In this document: one piece after another, positions 43,006 through 54,514 of the stretch
Position numbering within the stretch: position 1 is the stretch's first letter
Layout of the letters: each line of letters opens with the position of its first letter
Assembly: GCA_963921275.4 (NCBI GenBank)
Contig: OZ001293.3
Coordinates: 5,184,001 to 5,248,000, forward strand
Direction: 5' to 3'
Length of the DNA stretch: 64,000 nucleotides
Origin: an uncultured Hormoscilla sp.
Lineage (GTDB): Bacteria > Cyanobacteriota > Cyanobacteriia > Cyanobacteriales > Desertifilaceae
The notes under the pieces: model-generated
Databases searched by the model: none
What the model was told of the DNA's origin: nothing
Seen by the model: only the letters and a program-made list of their open reading frames with translations
Position numbers and translations under genes: made by a program

Positions 43006-44370
43006 CTAAGTTTCTAATTGGATACTACCTCTGATTTCTTCCTCACTTGTTGTGTTAGCCAAACCGCTCAAGCTAATAATAAATTGCTCGGGCAGGAAAT
43101 CTGGTTCTGTATTAGGAGTGTTTAGGCCAATTGTAGCAAATCCCAAATCAATATTTTGAGTATTAATCTCTACATCATCACTACTAACCTTGATTCCTGG
43201 AGCAACGTTAAAATCAAGCACAATTGTATCTACTGTCTGGTCAAAACCAACAATATTATCTCCCCCTTCTGTGGGTGCATCTGGGTTCGCACCGCTGTCA
43301 GCCAAGCTACGATATATGAATTGATCTGCACCTGCACCTCCGGACAGAATATCCGCACCAATGCCACCAATAATTATATCATCGCCATCCTCACCTTGAA
43401 TTCTTTCGCGAGTTCCAGTAATTGAATCTAACCGATCGTCACCAATTAGCACATCGGCGCCGCTTGTACCAGTCAATGTATCATCATCTAGATCCACCAC
43501 AATATTGACTGTTGCTACGTCTGTTGCACCCTCACTATCAGCGATGGTATAAGTGAAGCTGTCAACACCTGTGAAGTCAGCATTTGGCGTGTATGACACC
43601 TGGTTACCCACGACGCTAACCGTTCCATTGTTCGCGGTGCTAACCCCACTAACCGAGAGCGTGTCATCAGCGTTTAAGTCAGAATCATTGATCGAAACTG
43701 GAATTAAAGCCTCTTCATTGGCAATAACTCTGACGCTATCATCTACAGCTACTGGTGAAGAGTTGGTTTCTACTGTCAGCGTCACTGTTGCTATGTCAGT
43801 AAACTCGCCATCGGTAATGGTGTAGCTGAAGCTATCATTTTCCGTGAAGTCTGCTGCCAGTGAGTAACTCAGAAAGTCATCGCTGCCATCGTCTGAGGTG
43901 CCGTTATCATTGAGGGTGATAGTACCTCCTGAAACTGAGGTGGTCGAAAAACTGTCGATCGATATCGATAACAGGTCATCATCCGAGTCGTTTGCCAGAA
44001 CCTGAATGTCGAGCGCGCTTCCGGCGATCGCCCTTGCCGTATCATCCGCTGCGAGGGGGGGGCCGTTCTGGCCCACTTCAATAAAATTTGCTACCGTCAG
44101 CTGTCCCAGGGTGATACCTGGAAGCGTCAGCGTTCCGAAGGGAGTCTCGATCCTCACACCTCCGACGATCTCCCTTGCACTATTAACTAGCATCTGCGCT
44201 GTCAGGGCGGGGAAAGCCGAAATATCAATCAAGTCAAAGGTTTCAAAGCCATTGACTATGTCCGTCTCGTTTGCTGATTCTGCTGGACTCACTACTACAT
44301 CAACCACCCCGAGGTTTGGAAACAAGTTCAGAGTATCTGCCACCTCGGCTGTCAGAATATAAGTTGCCAT
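43006..44370 (-). CDS. Ig-like repeat/RTX-like protein, 454 aa (2 repeats)
   Basis: Same N-terminal module, two Ig-like repeats, GGIGADILSGGAGAD tail. Confidence 0.88.
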   Translation of the reverse strand: MATYILTAEVADTLNLFPNLGVVDVVVSPAESANETDIVNGFETFDLIDISAFPALTAQMLVNSAREIVGGVRIETPFGTLTLPGITLGQLTVANFIEVGQNGPPLAADDTARAIAGSALDIQVLANDSDDDLLSISIDSFSTTSVSGGTITLNDNGTSDDGSDDFLSYSLAADFTENDSFSYTITDGEFTDIATVTLTVETNSSPVAVDDSVRVIANEEALIPVSINDSDLNADDTLSVSGVSTANNGTVSVVGNQVSYTPNADFTGVDSFTYTIADSEGATDVATVNIVVDLDDDTLTGTSGADVLIGDDRLDSITGTRERIQGEDGDDIIIGGIGADILSGGAGADQFIYRSLADSGANPDAPTEGGDNIVGFDQTVDTIVLDFNVAPGIKVSSDDVEINTQNIDLGFATIGLNTPNTEPDFLPEQFIISLSGLANTTSEEEIRGSIQLET

Positions 44371-44568
44371 GATTTATTACCTCAGTGAATTATGGGGACT
44401 GTTTTGTGGGTAGCGTTATTTCCTTTTCTTTTTCCTTTGTTCATTAGCCGCCTGCCCACCCCTTCTAGCAATGAGCATTCGGTTGGGTAGTTCAGGCGCT
44501 CCGCGCTCACCCTACTTTTTACAGGCACTATCGCTCAACTACAAGAGCGATAGGTTCCGCTATCAAGC

Positions 44569-46502
44569 CTAGAAGATCAGGGCATTTTGAATTTGAGCCG
44601 CCGTTGTTGCCGCATCTAAACCGCTCAACCGAATCGCAAATTGCTCTGGGAGGAAATCTGGCTCTGTGTTAGGAGTGAAAAGGCCAATCAAAGCTGTACC
44701 ATCCTCAATGAAGTCAAGATTAATTTGTACATCATCAAGAGTAACTGGTGTTCCGGGAGCCACATCAAAATTCAGTCCGATAGTATCCTCGGCTGGGTTG
44801 AAGCCCAGAATATCATCAACCCCTTCATTAGTTGCCGCTGGATTGGCACCGCTGTCAGCTAAGTCCAGATATACGATGCCTTCGGTCGTGACAATTACAT
44901 CATCTACTGAGATCGGGGGTTCATTCTCTGCTTGGGCTGTCACCGTTACAGTTGCCGTGTCCGTCAAATCCCCATCTGAGATCGTGTCAGTCAATGACAC
45001 ATCACCATTCCTATCACCAATAGTGTATGTAAAGCTGTCAGTTCCCGTGAACTCTGCGGCTGCCGAATACACTAGTAGTGTGTCATCTGTCGGGTTAAAT
45101 CGCGTACCGCCATTGTCGATAGTGACCGTTCCGCCCTCTATTGTTGTCGCGGAGAAACCGACTATATAGATATCGTCGCCATCTGGGTCTGAGTCATTGT
45201 CCAGCACTGCGATCGTCTCTGGAGTTCCTTCTGTAGCTGTCACTGTGTCATCAAGCGCGAGCGGGGGCTGGTTTGCTGAGATCGGGGGTTCATTCTCTGC
45301 TTGGACTGTCACCGTTACAGTTGCCGTGTCCGTCAAATCCCCATCTGAGATCGTATAGGTGAAGCTGTCTGCGAGCGTTCCCCCTGTCTCTACTGCCGGT
45401 GGACTATAGATCAACCTTCGTCCGAAGATCAAAAGTTCCCCGCCTGCTGCCGTCGCCCGGGGGATTCCCGAGATCCTCAGCCGGTCGCCATCTGGGTCAA
45501 AGTCATTGTCCAAAACTGAGATTCGAGTGAAGTCAGTAACTGTCACCGCGTCATCGGTTGCCACCGGGGCTACATTTCCGCTTTCTACCTCACCGTTACA
45601 GTTGCCGTGTCAGTCAATGACACATCACCATTCCTATCACCAATAGTGTATGTAAAGCTGTCAGTTCCCGTGAACTCTGCGGCTGCCGAATACACTAGTA
45701 GTGTGTCATCTGTCGGGTTAAATCGCGTACCGCCATTGTCGATAGTGACCGTTCCGCCCTCTGTTGTTGTCGCGGAGAAACCGACTATATAGATATCGTC
45801 GCCATCTGGGTCTGAGTCATTGTCCAGCACTGCGATCGTCTCTGGAGTTCCTTCTGTAGCTGTCACTGTGTCATCAAGCGCGAGCGGGGGCTGGTTTGCT
45901 GAGATCGGGGGTTCATTCTCTGCTTGGACTGTCACCGTTACAGTTGCCGTGTCCGTCAAATCCCCATCTGAGATCGTATAGGTGAAGCTGTCTGCGAGCG
46001 TTCCCCCTGTCTCTACTGCCGGTGGACTATAGATCAACCTTCCTCGGAAGATCAAAAGTTCCCCGCCTGCTGCCGTCGCCCGGGGGATTCCCGAGATCCT
46101 CAGCCGGTCGCCATCTGGGTCAAAGTCATTGTCCAAAACTGAGATTAGAGTTTCTTCAGTAACTGTCGCCGCGTCATCGGTTACCACCGGGGCTACATTA
46201 CTGTTAAAGATAAAGTCTTCTGCCCAACTCAGCTGTCCGAGAGTGATCCCGGCCAGAGTGAGAGTCAAGAATGGAGTATCAAACCTCACCCCGCCAATTA
46301 TTGAGCTTGCTAATGCTAGCATGACCTCAGCGGTCAGTTCTGGAAATTCTCTAAGATTCAGAATGTCTCCAGTTTCAAACCCGATCGCCTGGTATATAGG
46401 TAATGCGTCGCCGCTTCGACCTACCACCACTACATCGTCTTCACCGATAGTCTCTAACAGATTTGCAGAGGTTGTCTCTGGTATGAGATTAAAGGTTGCC
46501 AT
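44569..46502 (-). pseudogene. Chimeric Ig-like repeat gene, frameshifted at about 45588
   Basis: 5' end copies the 42897 gene, body and 3' end copy the 50249 gene; 1-bp loss (TTCTACCTC versus TTCTACCCTC at about 48712) splits it into 305 and 331 aa ORFs. Confidence 0.85.
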
Positions 46503-46760
46503 GTTTTTTGTTGCCTCACTAAGTACAATAACTACTGAACCAATTTATTTTTATGCTTTTTTTACCTTCCTTTTTTGACTTGCTGCTGGACTGCCAATTC
46601 AACCAGCTTTCTAAGTTTCTAATTGGATACTACCTCTGATTTCTTCCTCACTTGTTGTGTTAGCCAAACGCATCTAAAGTGCTTCAGGCGCTCCGCGCTC
46701 ACCCTACTTTTTACAGGCACTATCGCTCAACTACAAGAGCGATAGGTTCCGCTATCAAGC

Positions 46761-49700
46761 CTAGAAGATCAGGGCATTTTGAATTTGAGCCGCCGTTGTT
46801 GCCGCATCTAAACCGCTCAACCGAATCGCAAATTGCTCTGGGAGTAAATCTGGCTCTGTGTTAGGAGTGGAAAGGCCAATCAAAGCTGTACCATCCTCAA
46901 TGAAGTCAAGATTAATTTGTACATCATCAAGAGTAACTGGTGTTCCGGGAGCCACATCAAAATTCAGTCCGATGGTATCCTCGGCTGGGTTGAAGTCCAG
47001 AATATCATCAACCCCTTCATTAGTTGCCGCTGGATTGGCACCGCTGTCAGCTAAGTCCAGATATACAAATCGATCTGCGTCTTCGCCTCCCGACAAGATG
47101 TCTGCACCCAAGGCACCAGTGATCGTATCATTGCCAGCTGCACCATCTATACGTTCTCGTATTCCCCTTCCCCCAAGAGCTATGCTGAGCATATTGTTAC
47201 CAACAATCCAGTCATCACCGTCAGTACCGATTAATTGACCAGCGGGCTGCACGTTGATGCTGACTACTGCTGTCCCTGTCGCACCTGCTGGGTCGCTAAT
47301 GGTGTAGGTGAAGCTGTCGTCACCGGTGAATCCTGCATCCGGTGTGTAGGATACCAGGGCCCCATCTACGCTAGCGGTCCCATTAGCTGGATCTGTGACG
47401 CCATTTATTGTCAGCGCATCATCTGGATCTGAGTCATTATCTAGAACCGTGATGTTGATGGGAGTATCGGCAGCAATAATACGAGCATCAGCCACCGCGA
47501 TCGGGGCCTCGTTGGCCTCTACTATCACTGTCACTGTCGCCGAGGCCGTACCGCCTCGACCATCAGTAATGCTGTAGGTGACGTCGTGCGTGCCATTAAA
47601 CCCAGCATCTGGGGTGTATAGGATCCGATCGTCAGTGGGATCGTCTGGAGTGCCATTCTCATCAATGATGGTCGTACCGTTAGCTGGGTCTGTGACTGAG
47701 GTGATTTCTAAAGGATCGTTATCTGGGTCTGAATCATTATCCAGCACAGCGATTGTAACTGCAATTCCCTCGGTGGTTGTGGCCGCCTCATCTTGAGCGA
47801 TCGGGGGTTGATTATCCGGTTCTACTGTCACAGTTACTGTCGCCGTGTCCGTCAACTCACCGTCAGAGATCCTGTAGGTGAAGTTATCCGTTACTAGCGC
47901 ATCTACTGCGGGTGGCGTATATATCACTGTCTCTCCATCCAGGCTAACTGTTCCGCCTATTGCTGTGCCTGATAGTCCCTCGATCCTCAGCGGCGCGTTC
48001 TCCGGATCTGAGTCATTATCCAGAACAGAGATCGTTGCTGCGATGCCTTCGGTCGTGACAATTACATCATCTACTGAGATCGGGGGTTCATTCTCCGCTT
48101 GGACTGTCACAGTTACAGTCGCCGTGTCCGTCAAATCCCCATCTGAGATCGTATAGGTGAAGCTGTCTGCGAGCGTTCCCCCTGTCTCTACTGCCGGTGG
48201 CGTATAGATCAACGTTACTCCGAAGATGCTAACTGCCCCGCCTGCTGCCGTCGCCTGGGAGACTCCCTCGATCGTCAGCTGGTCGCCATCCATGTCAAAG
48301 TCATTGTCCAAAACTGCGATCGCCTCTGGAGTTCCTTCTGTAGTTGTCGCTGCGTCATCTGCTGCGATCGGGGCTTCGTTAGGTTCTGGTACTGGCTCAA
48401 CCGTGACAATCCCGACAATAACTGTAGCAGTGTCTGTCAACTCGCCATCACTGATGGTGTATGTGAAGCTGTCATTACCTGTGAAACCCGAAGCGGGAGT
48501 ATAGACCAGAGAGTCATCTGCTGTTAGCAAGAAGGTGCCGTTGCGATCGAGAGTTATAGTACCACCCTCTCTTGTCCTTGTCGGGAAGCCTGCCAGAGAT
48601 ATCTCGTCACCATTCGGATCAGAGTCATTGTCCAGCACTGCGATCGTCTCTGGAGTTCCTTCTGTAGCTGTCGCCGTGTCATCGGTTGCCACCGGGGCTA
48701 CATTTCCCCTTTCTACCCTCACCGTTACAGTTGCCGTGTCAGTCAATGACACATCACCATTCCTATCACTAATGGTGTATGTAAAGCTGTCAGTTCCCGT
48801 GAAATCTGCGGCTGCCGAATACACTAGTGTGTCATCTGTCGGGTTAAATGGCGTACCGCCATTGTCGATAGTGACCGTTCCGCCCTCTGTTGTTGTCGCG
48901 GAGAAACCGACTATAGAGATCTCGTCGCCATCTGGGTCTGAGTCATTGTCCAGCACAGCGATCGTCTCTGGAGTTCCTTCTGTAGCTGTCACCGTGTCAT
49001 CAAGCGCGAGCGGGGGCTGGTTTGCTGGCGGCACCACTGTCACGTTTACCGTGCCTGCAGCGGTTAACTCCCCGTCCGATATTGTATAGGTGAAGTTGTC
49101 TGTTCCCGTGAACCCAGATCGCGGTGTATAGACCAGGTAGTCGTCAGTGCTATCAGATTCAGTATCATTATCAGCAAGGCTTACCGTTCCTCCCGCTCCT
49201 GTTAAAGTATCAAAGCTTAACAGTGAAACACTTGTTCCGTTTGGATCGAAGTCATTATCCAGCACAAAGATGTTGACTTGACTATCTCTGCTTGTGCTCG
49301 CCACGTCGCTTCTGGCGATCGGGGGCTGGTTTTCCGGCTCTATTACCTCCACCGTCACCGTTGCCGTGTCAGTAAACTCGCCATCCGATATACTGTATCC
49401 GAAGCTGTCTGTGCCTAGAAACCCTGCTGCTGGAGTATAGATCAGGGTGTCATCCCCCCCGTCTTGGGGCGTGCCGTTATCATTGAGGGTGATAGTTCCG
49501 CCATTGTCAGTCTCCTGATCAAACGCAGTCAGGACGATATCATCTCCATTCAAGTCAAAGTCGTTCGACAGTACATCAATATCTACAGGAGGATCGCCTT
49601 GCCTTGTTGTCACGCTATCCTCTATTGCATCGGGTTCATTATTGGGATTCACTGCCACCGTTACTGTAGCGCTTTCTATCTCTTCGCCTACTGAAATGCT

Positions 49701-50249
49701 GTACTCGAAACTATCTGTGCCTGTAAAACCTGCTGCTGGCGTGTATAACAGCGAGTCATCTGTCCTGTCCTCTGGCGTTCCATTTTCATTGCGGGTTACG
49801 GTCCCCCCTTCATCCGTTAACTCTGCAAAGCTAATCAGTTCGATCGCCCTTCCCTCTGGATCCACGTCGTTTGCCAGGACATCGATGGTTACTTGTCCGC
49901 CTTCAGAAGTTGAAACGTTTGGATCGTTTGCTGTTGTCCTGTTTAAGACAATCAATCTGTCACTCAGTTCTCGCAGACGAGGCAGAGATACTCCCACGAG
50001 GGTCATACTACCAAACCGACCCGACAATCTAGTGAACGTTCCATCTGGATCTCCAAATGCATTTGCTAATACCTCCTCTCGAGTTATACCTGGGTAGTCT
50101 GAAAAGTCGATCCTGTCTGTTAAGACGTTAAAGGAGTTAATGATGTGGCTGTTTGCTTCATTACCCTCCGGGACGTATACGTAATCAATTTCGTTGTTTA
50201 CCTCCATGTTTACCAGTAACTGGTCTGGAGTTAAATTGTATGTTACCAT
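46761..50249 (-). CDS. Ig-like repeat/RTX-like protein, 1162 aa (about 9 repeats)
   Basis: Tandem NDSDPDGD/FTYTISDG repeats, GAAGND/GALGAD tail. Confidence 0.9.
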   Translation of the reverse strand: MVTYNLTPDQLLVNMEVNNEIDYVYVPEGNEANSHIINSFNVLTDRIDFSDYPGITREEVLANAFGDPDGTFTRLSGRFGSMTLVGVSLPRLRELSDRLIVLNRTTANDPNVSTSEGGQVTIDVLANDVDPEGRAIELISFAELTDEGGTVTRNENGTPEDRTDDSLLYTPAAGFTGTDSFEYSISVGEEIESATVTVAVNPNNEPDAIEDSVTTRQGDPPVDIDVLSNDFDLNGDDIVLTAFDQETDNGGTITLNDNGTPQDGGDDTLIYTPAAGFLGTDSFGYSISDGEFTDTATVTVEVIEPENQPPIARSDVASTSRDSQVNIFVLDNDFDPNGTSVSLLSFDTLTGAGGTVSLADNDTESDSTDDYLVYTPRSGFTGTDNFTYTISDGELTAAGTVNVTVVPPANQPPLALDDTVTATEGTPETIAVLDNDSDPDGDEISIVGFSATTTEGGTVTIDNGGTPFNPTDDTLVYSAAADFTGTDSFTYTISDRNGDVSLTDTATVTVRVERGNVAPVATDDTATATEGTPETIAVLDNDSDPNGDEISLAGFPTRTREGGTITLDRNGTFLLTADDSLVYTPASGFTGNDSFTYTISDGELTDTATVIVGIVTVEPVPEPNEAPIAADDAATTTEGTPEAIAVLDNDFDMDGDQLTIEGVSQATAAGGAVSIFGVTLIYTPPAVETGGTLADSFTYTISDGDLTDTATVTVTVQAENEPPISVDDVIVTTEGIAATISVLDNDSDPENAPLRIEGLSGTAIGGTVSLDGETVIYTPPAVDALVTDNFTYRISDGELTDTATVTVTVEPDNQPPIAQDEAATTTEGIAVTIAVLDNDSDPDNDPLEITSVTDPANGTTIIDENGTPDDPTDDRILYTPDAGFNGTHDVTYSITDGRGGTASATVTVIVEANEAPIAVADARIIAADTPINITVLDNDSDPDDALTINGVTDPANGTASVDGALVSYTPDAGFTGDDSFTYTISDPAGATGTAVVSINVQPAGQLIGTDGDDWIVGNNMLSIALGGRGIRERIDGAAGNDTITGALGADILSGGEDADRFVYLDLADSGANPAATNEGVDDILDFNPAEDTIGLNFDVAPGTPVTLDDVQINLDFIEDGTALIGLSTPNTEPDLLPEQFAIRLSGLDAATTAAQIQNALIF

Positions 50250-50357
50250 GATTTCTCGTTTGCCTCGATTAAGTTTATTTTTCCTTTCTACTGCAGTTTT
50301 TTGACTGACTGCTACCTTTACTCTCCCGTTTCCCGCCCGCCCCCTTCAAGATTATAC

Positions 50358-52265
50358 TTATAGTTCAAAGAACACTGTTTCTCTGATTTGGGCTTCTGTT
50401 GTATTTGTCGGTAAGCCAGTCAGCGATATTTGAAATCCGGTTGCGTCTTCATTCGAGTCTACAACTGTCAGTATTGCCACACCGCCGCCTATGCCTACCA
50501 GGCCTACCCTTACTTCGTCTTTACTTACTTGTGCGCCATCAACTTCAAACAACAGCCCAATTCTATCTCCATCTGCCAGGCTGTAATCGATTATTATATC
50601 TGCTGGCTCGATTGTTGCATCTGGGTTCGCACCACTCTCTGCCAGATCGAAATACAGGAACGTATCTGCGCCAGCTTCACCTTCTAACCTGTCGGCCCCC
50701 AAGAGTCCATACAGGGTATCGTTTCCTGCGCCTCCTATGAGGTTATCTTGGGGGTTTGACGCTGACACCAATTGGTTTGTTCCGATAATCAGGTTGCTAT
50801 TTGCGTCACCTGTTATTTCTGCGGGCTGACTATCATCGGTGAGATTGACCTCTTGTACGGTGAGATTGACCTCTGCTGTGACTGTCTCTCCCGGTTCGTC
50901 TTGGATGGTGTAGGTGAAGCTGTCGGTACCGCTGAAGTCGTTATTCGGTTGGTATGATACCCGCTGACCGTCCTCTGTTATGCTGGTCGTTCCGTTGCTC
51001 GCTTCTTCGACGGTGGTAATTCGCAATGAGTCTCCTTCGTCTTCGTCTACGTCATTGATCAGAACTGGGATTGGGGTGGTTGTATTCGCTGGGATGATTA
51101 CGCTTGCTAGGTCGTTGGCCACTGGGGCTGTATTCGATCGTGGCAACACCTCTACCGTCACCGTGGCCACACTTGTCAATCCCTCACTATCGGCGATCGT
51201 GTAGGTGAATGTGTCCGTGCCGGAAAATGCGGCGTCTGGGGTATATACCAGCATGGCGCCGTTTAGGGCGATCGTCCCCCCGTTGCTTGTTTGCTGGTCA
51301 AAGCTGGCTATTGATATTTGCTCACCATCTGGGTCAGAGTCATTGGCCAGTACGGCTATGGTGACTGCTGTATTGAAGGCTGTTTCTGTGGTGTCGTTTA
51401 CTGCGTTCGGGGGTTGGTTTGTTGGCACTGTCGGCAATTCTGGGCGATCAGGCGTTTCTGGTAATACTGGTATCAGCGAAGGTGTTGGCGAAGGTGTTGG
51501 CAGCTGTCCCACTGGCAGAGTCGGCGCAATAACGAAATTCGCTGCATTGTCTAGTTCCTCCAGGGTTACTCCTTGCACCACCGCCAAAAACGCTCCCGTC
51601 TCTGAGTTCAAGATCGCTATTCCTGCTGTGACTTCCTCGAACTCCAGATCCGCAAAAGTTAAGCCGCCATCTAGACCGATGAAGTCCACGTCTAACATAA
51701 AATCCACGAATAAGTCTGCATCCGTGACATCATTCCCACCGCTGGTGCCATTACCTATAACCGCCACCACAAATATATCCGAGTCGTCCCCACCAGTTAC
51801 GGTATCTGCACCTATGTCGCCAAACAGGGTGTCATTGCCTCGGTCTCCAAATAGGCTGTCATTTCCCCTGCCTCCAAACAGCCAGTCATTCCCTTGGCCA
51901 CCGTAGAGGATGTCGCTGCCTACGTTGCCCGAGAGAACGTCATCGTTCTGGTTACCCATTAGGTTGTCATTGCCTTGACCACCAAACAGGCTGTCGTTGC
52001 CTTGACCACCAAAGAGGCTATCGTTACCCTGGTCTCCAAATAGGCTGTCCTCACCTTGGTTGCCAAACAGGCTGTCGTTGTCCATCCCGCCGGATAGGGT
52101 GTCGTTCCCTTCGTCTCCTGCCAGCTGGTCATTACCTTGGTTCCCTTGTATATCGTCATCACCCTCCATACCACCTAAGGTGTCATTCCCTTCCAAGCCA
52201 ATGATTATGTCTGGGCCTGGGGTGCCCAGGAGAAATTCCAAGCTAGCTGTATCTATTAATGCCAT
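50358..52265 (-). CDS. RTX calcium-binding repeat protein with two Ig-like repeats, 635 aa
   Basis: Long run of [13 protein letters not shown] nonapeptides, Pro/Thr linker, two Ig-like repeats, same C-terminal module. Confidence 0.9.
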   Translation of the reverse strand: MALIDTASLEFLLGTPGPDIIIGLEGNDTLGGMEGDDDIQGNQGNDQLAGDEGNDTLSGGMDNDSLFGNQGEDSLFGDQGNDSLFGGQGNDSLFGGQGNDNLMGNQNDDVLSGNVGSDILYGGQGNDWLFGGRGNDSLFGDRGNDTLFGDIGADTVTGGDDSDIFVVAVIGNGTSGGNDVTDADLFVDFMLDVDFIGLDGGLTFADLEFEEVTAGIAILNSETGAFLAVVQGVTLEELDNAANFVIAPTLPVGQLPTPSPTPSLIPVLPETPDRPELPTVPTNQPPNAVNDTTETAFNTAVTIAVLANDSDPDGEQISIASFDQQTSNGGTIALNGAMLVYTPDAAFSGTDTFTYTIADSEGLTSVATVTVEVLPRSNTAPVANDLASVIIPANTTTPIPVLINDVDEDEGDSLRITTVEEASNGTTSITEDGQRVSYQPNNDFSGTDSFTYTIQDEPGETVTAEVNLTVQEVNLTDDSQPAEITGDANSNLIIGTNQLVSASNPQDNLIGGAGNDTLYGLLGADRLEGEAGADTFLYFDLAESGANPDATIEPADIIIDYSLADGDRIGLLFEVDGAQVSKDEVRVGLVGIGGGVAILTVVDSNEDATGFQISLTGLPTNTTEAQIRETVFFEL

Positions 52266-52671
52266 TCCTTCACTACCTCACTAAACCTCGTTCATTTTTC
52301 ACTACAGGCTACTCCAAAAAATAGCAATTTTGCTCACCACCTAATTTTTCTGCTTATTTGGCGGTTTTTGCCGCCACTAGCAGCTTCTAGTCATCATATT
52401 TGCATATTTGTTCTCGATCGTCAAGAACATGGGGCCTGAGTCTAGATTAAAACGCGAATTAATTTGTACATACAGTTTTGTTTTTCCCATTCCGCACGAG
52501 TTCAATTCAATTTTTTTTTCCTCCTCTAGATAATTTAGCTCTTGTTCTATATCAACATATAGTGATTATATGCTTGCAATATTGATGAAAAATGGGACTA
52601 CAGAGTCAGGCGGGTTTTATTCTGCATGATCTAGATGACTATATCTTCTAGTAATTATCAAGTTATTCAGG

Positions 52672-53249
52672 TTAAGTTAAAGAGCACCGGTGCAATAAGG
52701 CTTGTGTCAGCAAAAGATGATATTGTTGCTGGTTGACGGTGTAGGCGCCAAAGCGGGCCAGATGAGAGTTCATGATTTGGGCATCGAACATGAGAAACTG
52801 GCGAGCGCGCAGCCTTTGCACCAGTTTCACCATTGCTACTTTGGATCCTTCCGGGATGTGAAAGAACATGGATTCGCCGATGAAGGCCCCGCAGATGGCA
52901 ATGCCCAGGATGCCGCCAGCAAGGCGCGATCGCCTTGCCAAGTTTCAAAGCTATAGGCCCATCCAGCCTGATGGAGGGCTTTGTAGATTTCTTGGAGTTG
53001 GGGGGAGATCCAGGTGGATTCTCTGTCGGCACAACTGGCAACTACTGCATCAAAGTCTCGGTTAATGGCGACGCTGAAGCGTTCTTGGTTGAGCACTCGC
53101 TGGAGGGATTTGGGATAGCGAAAGCTTTCGTCTAGGGGAATGATAGTTCGAGAACGACTATGCCAATCTAAACTATCTCCATCCTCATTGGCCATGAGGA
53201 ACCAGCCTTCGGCATACCTTTGAATAATCAAGGGAATGTCAATTTGCAT
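52672..53249 (-). pseudogene. aat: Leucyl/phenylalanyl-tRNA--protein transferase, frameshifted
   Basis: 'YAEGWFLM', 'STWIS', '[10 protein letters not shown]' then 'LAGGILG...FIGESMF...SKVA' in another frame; 2-bp excess at about 52925. Confidence 0.88.
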
Positions 53250-53417
53250 TGTATGGTAAGTTTGTAGTAAGCACGCTTCGTGCTTGCCTGGGCTAGCGCA
53301 ACGACATATCTGTTGGATATATGTAAAATACATTTGCTACAGATTGAGTGCCTGAAAGTGCTTCCTACAGATAGTTATTCCCATTATTTAATATAACATA
53401 TCCAATTAACATATCTT

Positions 53418-53747
53418 ATGTCTAAACCGATTCTGCCGATCGCCCTGCCTCCTACGACAGATGCCCAGCAGGAGGGGGAATGGTTACAACAGACCTTGCA
53501 CCAGTGGCTAGATGCCGAGTTCCTTCCAGAACCTATTAATCGGCAAATTGCTCGCCGGGCCGCAATGGTGTTTGTCCGCCAGCGTCTGGAAGGGGAAAAC
53601 GATCTTGGATCTCTGGTGATTGCTATTGTGACTGAAATGCAGGCTTTCGATTTTTCCCAGAGTTTCTATAGTGAGTTCGCGATCGCCAATGCTGTGAGCG
53701 ATCTACTATTACAGAGTCTGGGCATCAATACCTGCTGTAGTCAATAA
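53418..53747 (+). CDS. Conserved cyanobacterial hypothetical protein
   Basis: 109 aa, 'WLDAEFLPE', 'FAIANAVSDLL'. Confidence 0.7.
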   Translation: MSKPILPIALPPTTDAQQEGEWLQQTLHQWLDAEFLPEPINRQIARRAAMVFVRQRLEGENDLGSLVIAIVTEMQAFDFSQSFYSEFAIANAVSDLLLQSLGINTCCSQ

Positions 53748-53832
53748 TGTTTTTTGATAGTCACATACGGTCACATTGATAGGGCTGGTTGGGTTTCGTG
53801 CCTCAACCCAACCTACGGTATGCTACATTTAG

Positions 53833-54135
53833 TTACCAGCTGGACTTGACTACTCCTGGTAGCAGCCCTTGGTGAGCCATTTCTCGAATCACGTGGCGGG
53901 ATAGCCCAAAGTCTCGGTAATACCCCCTAGGACGCCCTGTTACCCAACAGCGATTCCGCAACCGGCTGGGGGCACTGTTACGCGGCAGTCTTTGGATTTG
54001 CTGGCGAATATCCATTTTTTCTTGCTGGTGGGTAGTTTGCCGCAACTGTTCTTTTAATTCTTGTCGCTTGTTTGCGTACTTGTCTACCAGACGCTGACGC
54101 TTTTTCTCTCGCTCTATTATGCTTTTTTTGGCCAT
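53833..54135 (-). CDS. rpsN: 30S ribosomal protein S14
   Basis: '[10 protein letters not shown]...LPRNS...RNRC..TGRPRG..RDFGLSR...LPGVVKSSW'. Confidence 0.99.
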   Translation of the reverse strand: MAKKSIIEREKKRQRLVDKYANKRQELKEQLRQTTHQQEKMDIRQQIQRLPRNSAPSRLRNRCWVTGRPRGYYRDFGLSRHVIREMAHQGLLPGVVKSSW

Positions 54136-54514
54136 GTCTTGCCTGAATACCTCTGTTTTTTGACGCTATCCTCCATCTTATACTATTAATGAGGCGATCA
54201 CATGACTTGGAATAATGCCTGTTTGAATGCTGCGGCTGCCTGAAAGTGGATCTGAGGCTTGCCAATTGGGGCCAGATCGATCACCTGTGCTAGAGCATCG
54301 GTCCATTAATAATACTTGACAAATTTAAACATCTGTGCATTAAAATCAAATTGACATATTCTCGTCGAGTGCTCCCCCGATCGGGATGGTGAGGTCGAGC
54401 CCAGCTCAGAGCTGTTCTACTGGACCGACGCTCTAGTAGGGCATAATTGCTAAAACCAGGAAAGAGTGCTACCATTGATCTGTGAACTTCAACATGCTCT
54501 AAAAGGGTGGGTCA

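Noticed and set aside
39482..52284. Many plus-strand ORFs opposite the Ig-repeat genes
   Set aside because: Antisense shadows produced by biased codon usage in repetitive genes
54360..54480. GC-rich stretch with a CTCGACC motif on the minus strand, possible ncRNA or intron 3' end
   Set aside because: No recognisable domain V, tRNA cloverleaf or second copy in the window
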